Assembly: GCA_000002445.1 (NCBI GenBank)
Contig: CM000208.1
Location: forward strand, 2,496,001-2,560,000
Length of the DNA stretch: 64,000 bases
Reading direction: 5' to 3'
DNA from: Trypanosoma brucei
Taxonomy: Eukaryota
Part shown: positions 1 to 10,980 of the stretch, one piece after another
How positions within the stretch are numbered: position 1 is the stretch's first letter
Layout of the letters: each line of letters begins with the position of its first letter
Made by a program: the position numbers and the translations under genes
Notes under the pieces: model-generated
Told to the model about the DNA's origin: nothing
The model's database searches: none
What the model saw: only the letters and a program-made list of their open reading frames with translations

Positions 1-527
1 ACGCCGCAAAACGAGGACACTGCAAGGGTGTATAGTGTGCCCTAAGGGCCCCAGGAGATGGGCACGTGCTACCTGTCGAAAAATATCACTGCCAGTTCGC
101 TGCTTGATGTGTGGTGGCGAAGCAATATAGGAACGCAGCGCGCTCATCCATGACATGGCATACTAAGAACTAACAAAACTGTACCGTGAAATGCAAAAAA
201 AAAAAAGAAAAAAAATCTGCCAATACGAACGGTTCTTCATACACTGGAAAAGAGGAGAGTAGGAAGGTATGAACAACGCAAAGTTTCTTCACGATTTCGC
301 GACATCTCCGCACAACCACACTCTCGCCCTTAATTACCTCCACTGGCATCAAAATACGAACAAGGGGATGTGAATCAACGCTCCTATGCTCACAATGGAT
401 ATTCAACGTTATACGAGCCTGCTGGACGAGGCGTTGAATCAACTACCACACCAAACATTCTCTTTCCTATGTCTTCTCCCGCGGTTCTCCTCTCCCTTCT
501 CTGTTTTCACCGACGTGAGCGAATGGG

Positions 528-1976
528 CTACACACAGCGGCCAGAACGCGTGCGCCTCGTTTTAATGGCGGTTGATGTCGGAAATAGTTCCTCCTTAGTC
601 CATCGCTCTGGGGCGTCACCATCCACTGGTGGGTCACTTGACTGACGGAGATGCGCCTCAACTTCATCAGAGGTTAACACAAGCACCTCCTTGGTCCGAT
701 ACGAGTCACGGGTCCGTTGTGCCTCATAACGGTCATCCCCTGACTTCACCTTCACCCACCAACCGGCACCGAGGTGCCGCCCCACTACACTACCAGTTGC
801 TGTGAAATCGTAAGGTGTCCCGTCCTCCCGTAGCCCACTAATAGCCACGACCCCATCATCCTCAAACAGAACCTCAACGACGCTTGAGCCACGAGTTCCA
901 CCTCCGCTGCAGTATGAATTGTCGGCAGAGATAGAGAGCAGACCCGGCTGCTGTACAATGCACGGTGTGTCACCGGTTGGTTGATGCCCACCACACACGG
1001 CGTGAATACCACTACGGTTGAGAAACTCCACTCCACCAAGCCCCAAGTAGCGGGGACTTCCTGAAGAGGTAAGAGAGTTAACAACAACCGAGTAGGGAAC
1101 ACAGGGAAAGGGAAAAGCATACCGTCGCAGCGCCGCCCCCTCTCCACCCGCTGACCACTGTTCAAACTGCCTATTCTTGAATCTGTTCAACGTGTCAACC
1201 CACTCGTCGGCGGTTCCTTGTTGGATCATAACGTTGTGAGTTGGGGTAGACACACACTCCAATGAAGACTCTTCGTTAGGAAGAACTCCAACGTTCTCAT
1301 TGACAACAGCACCATGAACGAAAAGAACACCATCGAGAATTAACGCTATCCTCCCCCTTCTCAGGTACTCGTAGTACACACCTCCAGGAAGCGCACTATT
1401 CAGAAAACTCTGCGCCACTTCGTCATCCGACAAGGTCTGCCCACGCAGCCGTCGCAATTCCTCCCGCCGATGTTCAAAAGTTCGCGCGCCGCCCATCTTA
1501 TGGGTGAGAGCCCATTGAATCAGAGTTGTTTTACCTGTAACAGGACTTGCACTCGTCTGATGAAGAAACTGTTCGTAGGGTAGCGGATTGACTCGGTCAC
1601 TCATCTTCGCCATTACATCAGGAAATAAGAAAGCTTGCGCGGCTCTGGGAGGGAACGGGCCATTCCCCAACACTTTCATCATGGGAGAGCCGAACACCAT
1701 TTTGTTGATGTCACGGTTTCCCAGCATAAGGTGCACACGGGATGGGTATGCGTCGTGGAATGCCAGAAGTGCCTCCGCAAAGCTAATGTCGTCACCGCGA
1801 TCAAACGCATCCCCCCCGTATACAAAGTGTGACGTTGCATCCCGGAAGGAAAGAACCCCTTGATTCCACGACACCACCCTGCTTCTTTCTGCATAACGAG
1901 CAAAATATGAGAAATCACCCTCCACGTCTGTCACGTAAGCGATGCGGAGGCGTGTTCGACAGGATCGCAGCATCAA
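528..1976 (-). CDS. Metallophosphoesterase (PPP/calcineurin-like) domain protein with degenerate catalytic motifs; possible pseudophosphatase
   Basis: 482-aa ORF. PPP-family motif II is intact (GDAFDRGDD). Motif III reads LGNRDI instead of GNHE (His lost). Motif I reads TDVEGDFSY instead of GDxHG (His lost). Long C-terminal extension. Confidence 0.5.
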   Translation of the reverse strand: MMLRSCRTRLRIAYVTDVEGDFSYFARYAERSRVVSWNQGVLSFRDATSHFVYGGDAFDRGDDISFAEALLAFHDAYPSRVHLMLGNRDINKMVFGSPMMKVLGNGPFPPRAAQAFLFPDVMAKMSDRVNPLPYEQFLHQTSASPVTGKTTLIQWALTHKMGGARTFEHRREELRRLRGQTLSDDEVAQSFLNSALPGGVYYEYLRRGRIALILDGVLFVHGAVVNENVGVLPNEESSLECVSTPTHNVMIQQGTADEWVDTLNRFKNRQFEQWSAGGEGAALRRYAFPFPCVPYSVVVNSLTSSGSPRYLGLGGVEFLNRSGIHAVCGGHQPTGDTPCIVQQPGLLSISADNSYCSGGGTRGSSVVEVLFEDDGVVAISGLREDGTPYDFTATGSVVGRHLGAGWWVKVKSGDDRYEAQRTRDSYRTKEVLVLTSDEVEAHLRQSSDPPVDGDAPERWTKEELFPTSTAIKTRRTRSGRCV

Positions 1977-2459
1977 CCCTTACGACTCCTTGTCGTGGAT
2001 CCCGTATCCCTCTTTGGCACCTGGACACGCGCACGCATAGAAAAGTAGGTGGAGTAACGATGATAATAATAGTAAGGATTCACGTCGAAAAGGGAGTTGC
2101 TCACAGGAAAGGAAACAAGAAGGGAGACGTGACGCTTTCACATCCCCAGAGAATGACGGAAAACAAGAGCAAGAGAAAAAAAAGGGGGTGGATGCGGAGG
2201 ACAGAAGGGGGATTTTAGAACACAACGGCCAAAGAAATGTGAATCACAAAAAAGTGGAGGTGGGGATCCGCAAGCCTAATGCCGATTACCTATCGCAACG
2301 GCGTGATGTTTATGTCGCCACCTTCTTTCTCTAACTGACCGAACATGACACAGCGTTGGTCCAACGCCCTCCGGTCATTTACCTTTCCTTTATTCGGTGT
2401 AGTGATGCCTATAGCAACAAATGGCGGCGTTTCCATGGAGTAATTGATTCTTGGGAAGG

Positions 2460-2789
2460 CTATGCCACAACACCGTACACAGTCACCACACAATGCATGA
2501 CCTTATTTTCCGCCTTGTACACGTAACAGGCGTCACTTGTTGGATTCCACATGCATGCCGACAGGGCATGAAACCCGGCGCCGGTTTTCTGTATAATAAT
2601 GCAGTGTGCAACATATTTCCTGGGGAGCGCTGCCTCTTGCGTGAGGCGCTGCACGATGTTCTCCGTGATCGACGCAACGATTCCAGGAATCTTTTCGTGT
2701 TGATACTTCGTCACTGGTGTGAAGTACCGCTCCACTACATCCTCACATATACCCCTTGCATCATCAGCTAGAGTCAACTTCTCTTTCAT
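2460..2789 (-). CDS. Dynein light chain, Tctex-type
   Basis: 109-aa ORF. C-terminal half (CIIIQKTGAGFHALSACMWNPTSDACYVYKAENKVMHCVVTVYGVVA) matches the Tctex-1 family signature (QKNGAG..S.C.WD...D......EN....C.V..FG). Size is typical. Confidence 0.7.
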   Translation of the reverse strand: MKEKLTLADDARGICEDVVERYFTPVTKYQHEKIPGIVASITENIVQRLTQEAALPRKYVAHCIIIQKTGAGFHALSACMWNPTSDACYVYKAENKVMHCVVTVYGVVA

Positions 2790-3157
2790 TATGCTGAAAC
2801 GTTACACGGCGCGGGAAGTGGGTACAAACACGTCCTTCCTTTTTTGATTCTTTATTGGTTCCAACTCACCTCCCCCAAAAGTTGGGAATTACACTTATTG
2901 GTTGAAATTACACGTAAAGAGGCGTGAAAAGAGTTAAAGCCGAGGAGAAGCACCAACAACAGCCGCCACAATGCAAAAACAAAGCAGTTTATGTACAACA
3001 CTGCATTTCACAAGCCAGGTACCTTCCGCTCTATTCTTCTACATTTCTAAGTACACACATGAGAGGAGTGATGACGCACGAAACACATCCCCCCTCACAC
3101 ACTGGCTCGTACAGGCAGAGGTGAAACCACACATACACAAAAAAGGAAGATGCATCC

Positions 3158-4831
3158 CTACTCAGGCTCTTCCATGGATATTCTCTGCAAACAACTCTTG
3201 ATGAAGCCCGCACGGCGAGGGTCGAGATCCATGGCGGTATGGTAGTACTGCACAGCCTTTCCCGGCATCCCCATAAAGTGAACGCATTTTGCAAGAGTCA
3301 CATATAGCATTGCCTCGTCAGGGCACGCCTTCGTCATCTCCAGCAGCGCTTCACGAGCCTCGGGGTAACGTCGAAGGCGGATTAACACCTCAGCCCGTTG
3401 ATGCCGGGCCCCGAGGTTTGTTGGATGCCGCTTAATTGCACTGTCATAAATGCGAAGTGCCTCAGAGAGATTCTCCTTTGAGGTGTCGCGCCGGTGGTAT
3501 GTAGCAGCATACCGGTTCATGATGCTCGGAAGCGGATTAATTTGTATTGCCTGTTTAAAGTAGTATTGCGCTTGTGGTATGTTTTCACTTCTAAAGTACA
3601 ACTCACCCAGACCGGCGTACGCATTATAGTGATTCGAGTCAATAAGGACCGCGTTCTGAAAGGATTCATACGCGTCATGCTTGCGGTCGAGGTGAAGCAG
3701 CTCGTACCCACGTAAAGTATGGGCATAAGCAAACTCACTATCCAACTGGACGGCACGATCAAGCATACAAAGCGCCTCCTTCGACTCTTTCAGCAGACTG
3801 TAAGCATTGGCCGCAACACATAACGTCACGGGTGAAACGGGCATTTCATTAATAAGTGTCTGCGAGAGGGAACCAAGGGCCCCCGTATCCTTTCGCTGCC
3901 AGAGGGCAGTACTGTAATGCACAAGCAAAGGGTCTGCCAACCTCCATGGCGCTATTTGTCGTAACCGCGCAAACTCCTTCACTGCGTTCTCTACATCACC
4001 GTCGTGAAAATACGCCATCGCCAGCGCTCCAACTGCCCAGCTGGTACTCTGCTCAGGAAACCCCTCCTGTTGAAGCGCTGCCTGTACGTCTTTGCACATA
4101 TACATCCTCTGCATAAAAGCGATGGCGGCAAAAGGCGACAAATACTGACGAACAAAATCACGCCTCGACTGCTTGCTAGACGTACTGGGGGTCTTGCTGC
4201 GACTACAAGTGACCCCAACGGGTGCGGGCCGGCGCGGTGTTTCCTCTGCGCCGGTCGGGGCTTTCGCGGAAGAGTACATATGGCACATCTCCTCCTTTGG
4301 TGTTCCCGTTATTTTGAGATATTCCTCGTACGCCACAAAGTTAAGAGGGTCTAGTATGGCGCTTCTGGCAAACGCATCATCCCCGTTACCATGCCGACCG
4401 CGTTGGCGGCAGACGCCTAACCAGTACTGCACATCAGAACAGGTGCGATGACGGTCAAGTTCATCCAACACTCGCTCCCCCTCCGCGTACCGCTGTGACA
4501 TTGCGCACGTCACCCCAAACAAATACTGGCAGTTCCACTTAGCCGTTGCATCGGGACCGCCACTAATACTCACATTGCTGCTAGAAACGCTGTTTGATGG
4601 ACTTAGGGATGGACAGTGAGTCTGCAGAAGCCGGTAGGCGGTACCCGCATCACCACTGGTCACATAGCAGTGAGCCAGCGTGTGTAATGATTCATACGTA
4701 GGTTCCAACGAATACAGCCGCTCGGCACAGAATATTGCATTGGGATATATATAGCTAGCGAGGCTCTCCTGTATAGCCTCCTTGAGACCTTGTACAACGA
4801 GAGACTTGCGGTGGTCTCTCTGAGCTGTCAT
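3158..4831 (-). CDS. CDC27: Anaphase-promoting complex subunit CDC27/APC3 (TPR protein)
   Basis: Six-frame ORF 3158..4891. The N-terminus from internal Met (MTAQRDH..LVVQGLKEAIQESLASYIYPNAIFCAERLYSLEP..YRLLQTHCP) parallels the CDC27 N-terminus (MTVLQEP..IWQALNHYAYRDAVFLAERLYAE..YRLLKGHSC). S/T/P-rich linker, then a C-terminal TPR block (AYAGLGELYFRSENIPQAQYYFKQAIQINP). Start trimmed to ATG at 4829..4831 (rc ctgtcat, checked). Confidence 0.65.
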   Translation of the reverse strand: MTAQRDHRKSLVVQGLKEAIQESLASYIYPNAIFCAERLYSLEPTYESLHTLAHCYVTSGDAGTAYRLLQTHCPSLSPSNSVSSSNVSISGGPDATAKWNCQYLFGVTCAMSQRYAEGERVLDELDRHRTCSDVQYWLGVCRQRGRHGNGDDAFARSAILDPLNFVAYEEYLKITGTPKEEMCHMYSSAKAPTGAEETPRRPAPVGVTCSRSKTPSTSSKQSRRDFVRQYLSPFAAIAFMQRMYMCKDVQAALQQEGFPEQSTSWAVGALAMAYFHDGDVENAVKEFARLRQIAPWRLADPLLVHYSTALWQRKDTGALGSLSQTLINEMPVSPVTLCVAANAYSLLKESKEALCMLDRAVQLDSEFAYAHTLRGYELLHLDRKHDAYESFQNAVLIDSNHYNAYAGLGELYFRSENIPQAQYYFKQAIQINPLPSIMNRYAATYHRRDTSKENLSEALRIYDSAIKRHPTNLGARHQRAEVLIRLRRYPEAREALLEMTKACPDEAMLYVTLAKCVHFMGMPGKAVQYYHTAMDLDPRRAGFIKSCLQRISMEEPE

Positions 4832-5565
4832 TCTTCTGCCATAAAATGGACAATTCACAAGAAAAGATAGGGGGAAAGCGGGTAGAGGCACGCGTACACA
4901 TGCGCCTGTGTGCGTGCAATGCAGAGCAGTTTACGCGCACTGATGCTCGAGTGCGAATAAATTTCTTGCGGTGAAAAGATGAAGAAGGGTAAGAGACGAG
5001 CATGTTTCCCTAACCCACTGGAAAAGAAACACGTGCACGCCGTCTTCCAGCGAGTCCCTCCAGACAACACGACCATCATAGTCATCGTACTTCATTCTTA
5101 TAGGCTCCTTTCTATTTGCCGCTGCGCTCATTCAGCGAAGTAAATAATTTTTCACGCGCTAACATTTGAACCATGTTAGAACCTCAGGGTGTGAGGGGAA
5201 CGTAAAGCAAGTCTGTTTTTTTTTTTTTAAAGAGCACGACTGGTGCGTTTCGTACAGTCCATTTTCTACCCTTCGTTCACTCCACCTCGTCCCGAGCTCC
5301 TCCTGCTTCCACCCGCATCCCCCTACCCTCTCCTCTCTTTCCTCTTTTAGGTGACGGGGAAAAAAGTAAATAACCGCAGTGATGATGATAAAAAAATATA
5401 TTATTATCACACTGTTCAAACCTTCTCTTCCCTAATTTTCATCCAGAAACCGACGGTGACCCGCTCGAATGCAAATACAGTATCTGTGAACTGCACAGCG
5501 CGCACGTGACGCGCCCGATAGAACAGAAGAAAATAACAATTCTGTAAACAGGCTCCCTCCATCCT

Positions 5566-8500
5566 CTAACGACTTCTATTTGACTGAATACGAGTAATCT
5601 CTGAGTACCCCTGTGTATTACTCACTTGATAGAGCACGTCTGCATTACTGAACATCCCATCTTTTAGGGACACAAGCAGAAATTGAGAAGAAGGGAAGTG
5701 TTTCTGTAGCATATTACCGATCCCCTGTGTATGACTTGGGTCAAGTGCGGCATCCACCTCATCAAGGATGTACATTGGTGCTTGACGCACACGTAGGATC
5801 GCTAAAATGAGACACAAAGCAAGAAGAGAACGTTGGCCACCACTCAATTCTGAGAGTGACTCCCGCTCCTTTCCATTGAACAAGACCTTAACCTGAAGAC
5901 CAGAAAGGTGACCGTGCTCGTTCCTCTCCTCCCGAAGCACCGCTGCAGCGCCAGGTAAGCACGTAGAAAACAACTTTGAAAACACGTTGCTAACAACCTC
6001 CACCATGCGATCAAGAGCCCGCCACTTCTTGTCCTCAATGCCGAGTATGCATTGCTGGATAGCGTCTCTGTCCTCACCCAGCACCGACCGCTGTTGCACA
6101 AGCTCATCGTATTCCTTCTTGCGTTCTTCATAGAGGATCAGTGCTTTCTTGTTTAGTCGCTTGGACATGGTCGAGGCATTAACCTCGGCCTCGCGCAACT
6201 CCGCCAACGTTTCCTGCGTTCGTTCCCGGTCCTCAAAGTAAAATGGTCCGTCACGGGGGCCAAACAAGTGTTGCTTCTCCTCAATCCAGGTATTGCGCCT
6301 CTCAGCCTCGGATATGAGCTTCTGCAACTCTTCCAATGACTTTGAGATTTCACGTACGTCCACCTCCGCATTTTTCACAAATCCCTCCAGTGACGCCTTC
6401 TTCACCACCAGTTGCTGAAGCTCCTGCTGGGTCTCTTCGATTTCCTTCTCAATGTTCTGACGTTGCTCCTCCGCCCTACATCTCTTGTCCACAACCTCCT
6501 GTAGTGACTTACTCGTGCTTTCGAAGCTCTTCGAAGCCTCATCACGAGCCTTCGTCTGTTGATGTATCTGCTCGTGCACCTCCACCAGTTTCTGCTCGAT
6601 ATCCGCTGCAGTTTGCGTCATTTCCGCTTCCACTCGCTCGAACTCCGCAGACCCTGATTCTTCCTCATGCACAAGGGCTGCGCACCGCTTTTGCGCTGCA
6701 CTCAGCTGCTCTTGCAGATCCTTGCGTACCTTGTCGGAGTCTAGATTCGCATACTTCTCCAAACGAGCTCTGCGTTCCTGAAGATCGTTTAGCATCGTTG
6801 TGAGTGCCTCATACTTTTGTCGCTCCTCCTTAAGTGAAGCCTGCAGCTCTTTCGATAGTCCCTCTTCTTCGTTTTCCACAAGCTGGAGCTTATGGGTGGC
6901 TATGCTTACCGCCTCCTCCGCCTTCGCATGCTCCTGAATCAGTGACCTATGTTCCCTAAGTTGAGCGTGTAAGCCTTCAAGTTCTTTTTCACGCTTCTCC
7001 ATCGTCACCCGTAGCGCCTCTACTGGGGCCTTACGCTTTTTATAAATAAGAACATCGGCAAATACGTTGCGTATATGTTTTTTTGACCCACCCGTCATGA
7101 GCCCCTTGGGCTCTACTACCTCACCGTCAAGCGTCACAGCCTTGCAGCGCACAGCAGAGCCATATGCAAGCTCTTGCGCCAGCTCCAACGTGGAACAAAT
7201 AAAAAAATTGCCAAAAACATAATCGGCGATGACACGATGCGCCTCATCCTTGACAACAGTAAGGTCCTTTGCGACAGCAACGAAGCCATTCATGCGATTG
7301 GCCATTCGCTTAGCTTCCTCCAGTTGGGAGTCGCTTATGCTTTTCGGCTGCGTAAGTGTGTTGAGTGGGAGAAAGGCTGTACGCTGGCGCAGTCCATGGC
7401 GTATAATCCGCTCGGCGACAATGTCGCTCGTGACAACCACACGCATCAGTTGTGACTGTGCACCTACTGTTAGGGCTATTGCGTATTTTTCCTCCTGAGG
7501 TGAGACAAGCTCCACGACGCGGCCCCAAATGTACTGCTCAATACCGGCGCAAGCACGCCGGTCGTATTCCAGATCAAGGCCACGCCCACCTGAACCGCCA
7601 CCTTGAGCCGACTCGCGTAGCATCGCATCATTGGCCTTCCAGTGCTCTGCCTTCAGGCGTGCAACCTCCTCTTGGAGGGCACGTGCCTGTTCTTCCAGTG
7701 GCTTGACATTGATATACCGTTTGGTGACAGAGTCAAGACAGTCCTGCGCAGACCTCAGCTCATTTCTAAGCCTGATAACCGTCCTCTCGCGGGCCTCTGA
7801 CTTCTCGGCCACAGATTTCTGTTGGTGTTCCAATTCCCTGATACGCTCCTCTCGCCGCCGCGCTTCTGCACTACTTTTAATGACCTGTCGTTCAATATCA
7901 GCCCTCTCCTCCTCCAGGGACATGCCAGACGCGCCGGCCCGAACACCCGAACCGTTTAACTGCAGCGACCGCTTCAATTTGGCGATGTTTTCTTTCTGCT
8001 CGTGAATGTTTCGAATCAGCTTCTCCCGTTGCTCTTGATACGCCTCAAACTGCTGCGCGCGACTCTTCTGCTGCTGTTTTTCCTCTTCGAGCTTCCGGGA
8101 CGCATCAGCTAGCTTCTTCAGGACCTTATCTAACCTTTCCAACTGTGCCTCCTCACGAGCCAACTGCAACTTCAAAGTACTCTCCTCTTCATGTAGCGCC
8201 ATGGCAGCCTCGGCGGGAGCTGCAAGAGTTGACTGCAACTGCATCAAGCGCTGTGTTGTCTCATCCTCAACGGAGGGAAAACTTCGCAACTGCTCCTTAG
8301 CCGCTGCTGTGTCGGACAGTAGTGACGTCCGGCGGGTACTCAACTCCCCTCGCCGCTTCCTGTGCTCCTCGTACTCAAAAGCTATACGAAACTTCCGCAT
8401 CTCCTCAATACCCTCACTCAATTGCACATACCGCTCATACTCCTCCTGGTCCGCTTTCATTGCGCGGAGCATAGGGCCTATTTGGGTCTCTAGGTTGGCA

Positions 8501-9093
8501 TCTATTTCCTCCATCTTTTTCTCCTTACTTCGTATCAAACTCTCAGCCGTTCGGCGACGGTGATCAAATGCTTTTGTCCCCACAGCCTCTTCGATAAGAG
8601 AAAGGATGTCCTCTGACCGCATGCCAATGAGTTTGTGCACGGTTCCCTGAAGCACCATAAAATGTGGATTGTCCACATTAAGGCTTATACTCTCAAAGAA
8701 GCGCTTGACTTTGCTTTGCACAGACACCGTATTGTTCAAGAAAAATTGTTGCTTGCCGCCGAGTTTGATCTGTCGCCCAACAGTAATAGTTGGATATTCC
8801 TCACAACTGTAGCCCGGTGGTGCGGTGCGAGGGTCATCGTTGATAAATTCGATTGTCACACGCGCCGCATGAACACCCGTTGTACCGGCACGGAATATAA
8901 GCTCACGCGGGTCCTCCGCCCTGACACGCTTGAGGTTTGTGATGCCCATCACAAAGCAAATTGCGTCGAATATGTTTGACTTGCCGCTTCCATTGAGACC
9001 CGTGATGGCGTTGAAATGCGGACTCAGATCATCAATAACCTTTCGGTGGGCATACGACTTGAATCCATCTATGACAATGCTCTTCACGCGCAT
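5566..9093 (-). CDS. SMC2: Structural maintenance of chromosomes protein 2 (condensin SMC2)
   Basis: N-terminal Walker A head (MRVKSIVIDGFKSYAHRKV..FNAITGLNGSGKSNIFDAICFVMGI). Long coiled coils and a hinge (GRVVELVSPQEEKYAIALTV). C-terminal signature/Walker B (LSGGQRSLLALCLILAILRVRQAPMYILDEVDAALD..HTQGIGNML) close to SMC2 orthologues. ORF track extends 61 codons upstream; start trimmed to MRVKS ATG at 9091..9093 (checked). Confidence 0.85.
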   Translation of the reverse strand: MRVKSIVIDGFKSYAHRKVIDDLSPHFNAITGLNGSGKSNIFDAICFVMGITNLKRVRAEDPRELIFRAGTTGVHAARVTIEFINDDPRTAPPGYSCEEYPTITVGRQIKLGGKQQFFLNNTVSVQSKVKRFFESISLNVDNPHFMVLQGTVHKLIGMRSEDILSLIEEAVGTKAFDHRRRTAESLIRSKEKKMEEIDANLETQIGPMLRAMKADQEEYERYVQLSEGIEEMRKFRIAFEYEEHRKRRGELSTRRTSLLSDTAAAKEQLRSFPSVEDETTQRLMQLQSTLAAPAEAAMALHEEESTLKLQLAREEAQLERLDKVLKKLADASRKLEEEKQQQKSRAQQFEAYQEQREKLIRNIHEQKENIAKLKRSLQLNGSGVRAGASGMSLEEERADIERQVIKSSAEARRREERIRELEHQQKSVAEKSEARERTVIRLRNELRSAQDCLDSVTKRYINVKPLEEQARALQEEVARLKAEHWKANDAMLRESAQGGGSGGRGLDLEYDRRACAGIEQYIWGRVVELVSPQEEKYAIALTVGAQSQLMRVVVTSDIVAERIIRHGLRQRTAFLPLNTLTQPKSISDSQLEEAKRMANRMNGFVAVAKDLTVVKDEAHRVIADYVFGNFFICSTLELAQELAYGSAVRCKAVTLDGEVVEPKGLMTGGSKKHIRNVFADVLIYKKRKAPVEALRVTMEKREKELEGLHAQLREHRSLIQEHAKAEEAVSIATHKLQLVENEEEGLSKELQASLKEERQKYEALTTMLNDLQERRARLEKYANLDSDKVRKDLQEQLSAAQKRCAALVHEEESGSAEFERVEAEMTQTAADIEQKLVEVHEQIHQQTKARDEASKSFESTSKSLQEVVDKRCRAEEQRQNIEKEIEETQQELQQLVVKKASLEGFVKNAEVDVREISKSLEELQKLISEAERRNTWIEEKQHLFGPRDGPFYFEDRERTQETLAELREAEVNASTMSKRLNKKALILYEERKKEYDELVQQRSVLGEDRDAIQQCILGIEDKKWRALDRMVEVVSNVFSKLFSTCLPGAAAVLREERNEHGHLSGLQVKVLFNGKERESLSELSGGQRSLLALCLILAILRVRQAPMYILDEVDAALDPSHTQGIGNMLQKHFPSSQFLLVSLKDGMFSNADVLYQVSNTQGYSEITRIQSNRSR

Positions 9094-10980
9094 ACTTCGA
9101 CTGTATGTGTGTTGCGCGTACAAGAGTATGATAAATAATATAGGAAGGAAAGACAGGGATAGAGATTTGGTGGGAATCAAACGATGAAATTGGTAACACA
9201 AGGATAGGGAAGCATAGACAGACGCATGACTATGGGGTTTGGGTATTCCCGAGGCGGTGGTGAGAATTTTGTGCACTCCTGCTGAAGGATGCTACACCTC
9301 GTTGCTGCGTATTTACGTATATTTGTTGTAAGCATCTGCCGTCACACGTCAAACCATTCAATTCTTGCCCTTTAATTCTGTTATGTCACGCGAACAAACG
9401 CAAGGCGCTCCCACACACCCACTCTCATTCATATCTCTCTCCATTGCCTCATCACTTTCATTATTTTCTTGTCGCTGAGTTGGTTGGTCGGGCGTAAAGA
9501 TGAAGGTGGACTGAAATAGCAATGGTGGGAAGTTGGTGTGACTGTGCACACAACTTCCATTGAAGCGTTTCAGCATTTAGAAAAAAAGGACAAGGGGTGG
9601 GGAAAAAAAGAAAAAGTGAACTGAAGTGAAGTAACGTGAAGTAAACAAGCTGCAAACTTCAACCTGCAATACAACAACAGATGCCAGCAAACCCCGTTCT
9701 GCAATTTGTCTTTCCCACTTCATCCTAATGAACTCACCTCATTCGTCTGCCGCCGTATGACCCCGACGTTACCATCAATGTTATTGTTATCATATTATTC
9801 ACCGCCATCGGCCCCCCACCCCAACACGCCTCCCAAACTCAGTAACAGTATCGCCCGTCACACACACGAACCGCATGATACAGCAACTTTTACCCATTGG
9901 TTTTGTATTCCTTTTTGATATTTACCCCCAACCGTCGTGTTACTCGTTACCGCGGACAGAGCAAATATCACGGTAATAACAACAAAAACGAAAATGCCGA
10001 AGGTGCAAAATAAAAGGTTATTGTCGTCGTCGCCGTTTCCCCACTTTTGAGCCCCATTTTATTTTTTGTTTTGTCTTCCTCCTTTCACCTGAAGGAAGAA
10101 ACCGAATAATTAATCGAAAGAACAATAAAATTGAAAAGAAAAAAGTTTTAAAAGCGCGATTGGCATCCTTTTCTCTCCAGCACCGCGCCTGCAAACGCAC
10201 AAAAAAGGAAAAACCGAAAAAAAAACGGAATTCTGGAGAAGAAAATGTCGCTACTTTATGTGGGTCACACTTTTGCAACAGTGTAAAGCAGTAGCCCGAC
10301 ACGAAAAAGCTAACTTTAAAAAAAAAAAAGTTACCTTGATTTCCCACCTCCACTTCTACCTTCCATCATTTCCCTCCTCATAATCCTCTCATGAACACAT
10401 CCATTTCCTTTCCTGTATCTCCTCTGTGACATCATCAGTATCATTATTACTGCTACCGCCGTCGTTATAATTTAGTCTCATTTTCAGCATTTCGCTTACT
10501 CACCCGCAAGAAGGCAAATGCCGTTAGCATTGTCCGGATGAAGTGAGCTCAGGAGGGAAATCACGGAGGAACAGGAAGAGGAGGAAGCTCAGGAATGGGG
10601 AAATCAAGAGGTAAGAACAGTTTTGCAAAAACTTTAAGAAAGGATAACGGCTACCAATAATCAAAACAACACAAGCAATCGCAACTGTGGATGGTGTTCA
10701 TAAACACAAACACACAGAAAAATGAAAGAAAAAAGCAACAAAAAACTGAAAAGAAACCTGTTAACCAGCAGAATTTTTTGTTCCATACCACCACCACGTG
10801 ACCTTCGATAACGCAACACACGACCGGTGACCAGCGTGATGTGAAGAAGGTGAAAAAAGAAACCAAGCAGATGCCGAGAAGGGACACACGTATAAGTGAA
10901 GAAAAAAAAGGAGCTGAAGTGGCGTGGACAGAAGGAGATAAGGGGGGTCTCAACATTCGGTCTCCACCTAACACGCACAG

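Noticed and set aside
2290-2493. 67-aa minus-strand ORF downstream of the Tctex gene
   Set aside because: It is short with no motif, lies in the likely 3'UTR/intergenic region, and overlaps the Tctex ORF end.
6336-6803. 155-aa plus-strand ORF (Pro/Ser-rich) and other plus-strand ORFs of 60-190 aa inside SMC2, the kinase, the MCM8 and helicase genes
   Set aside because: They are antisense to well-supported genes, low-complexity, and off the strand of the polycistron.
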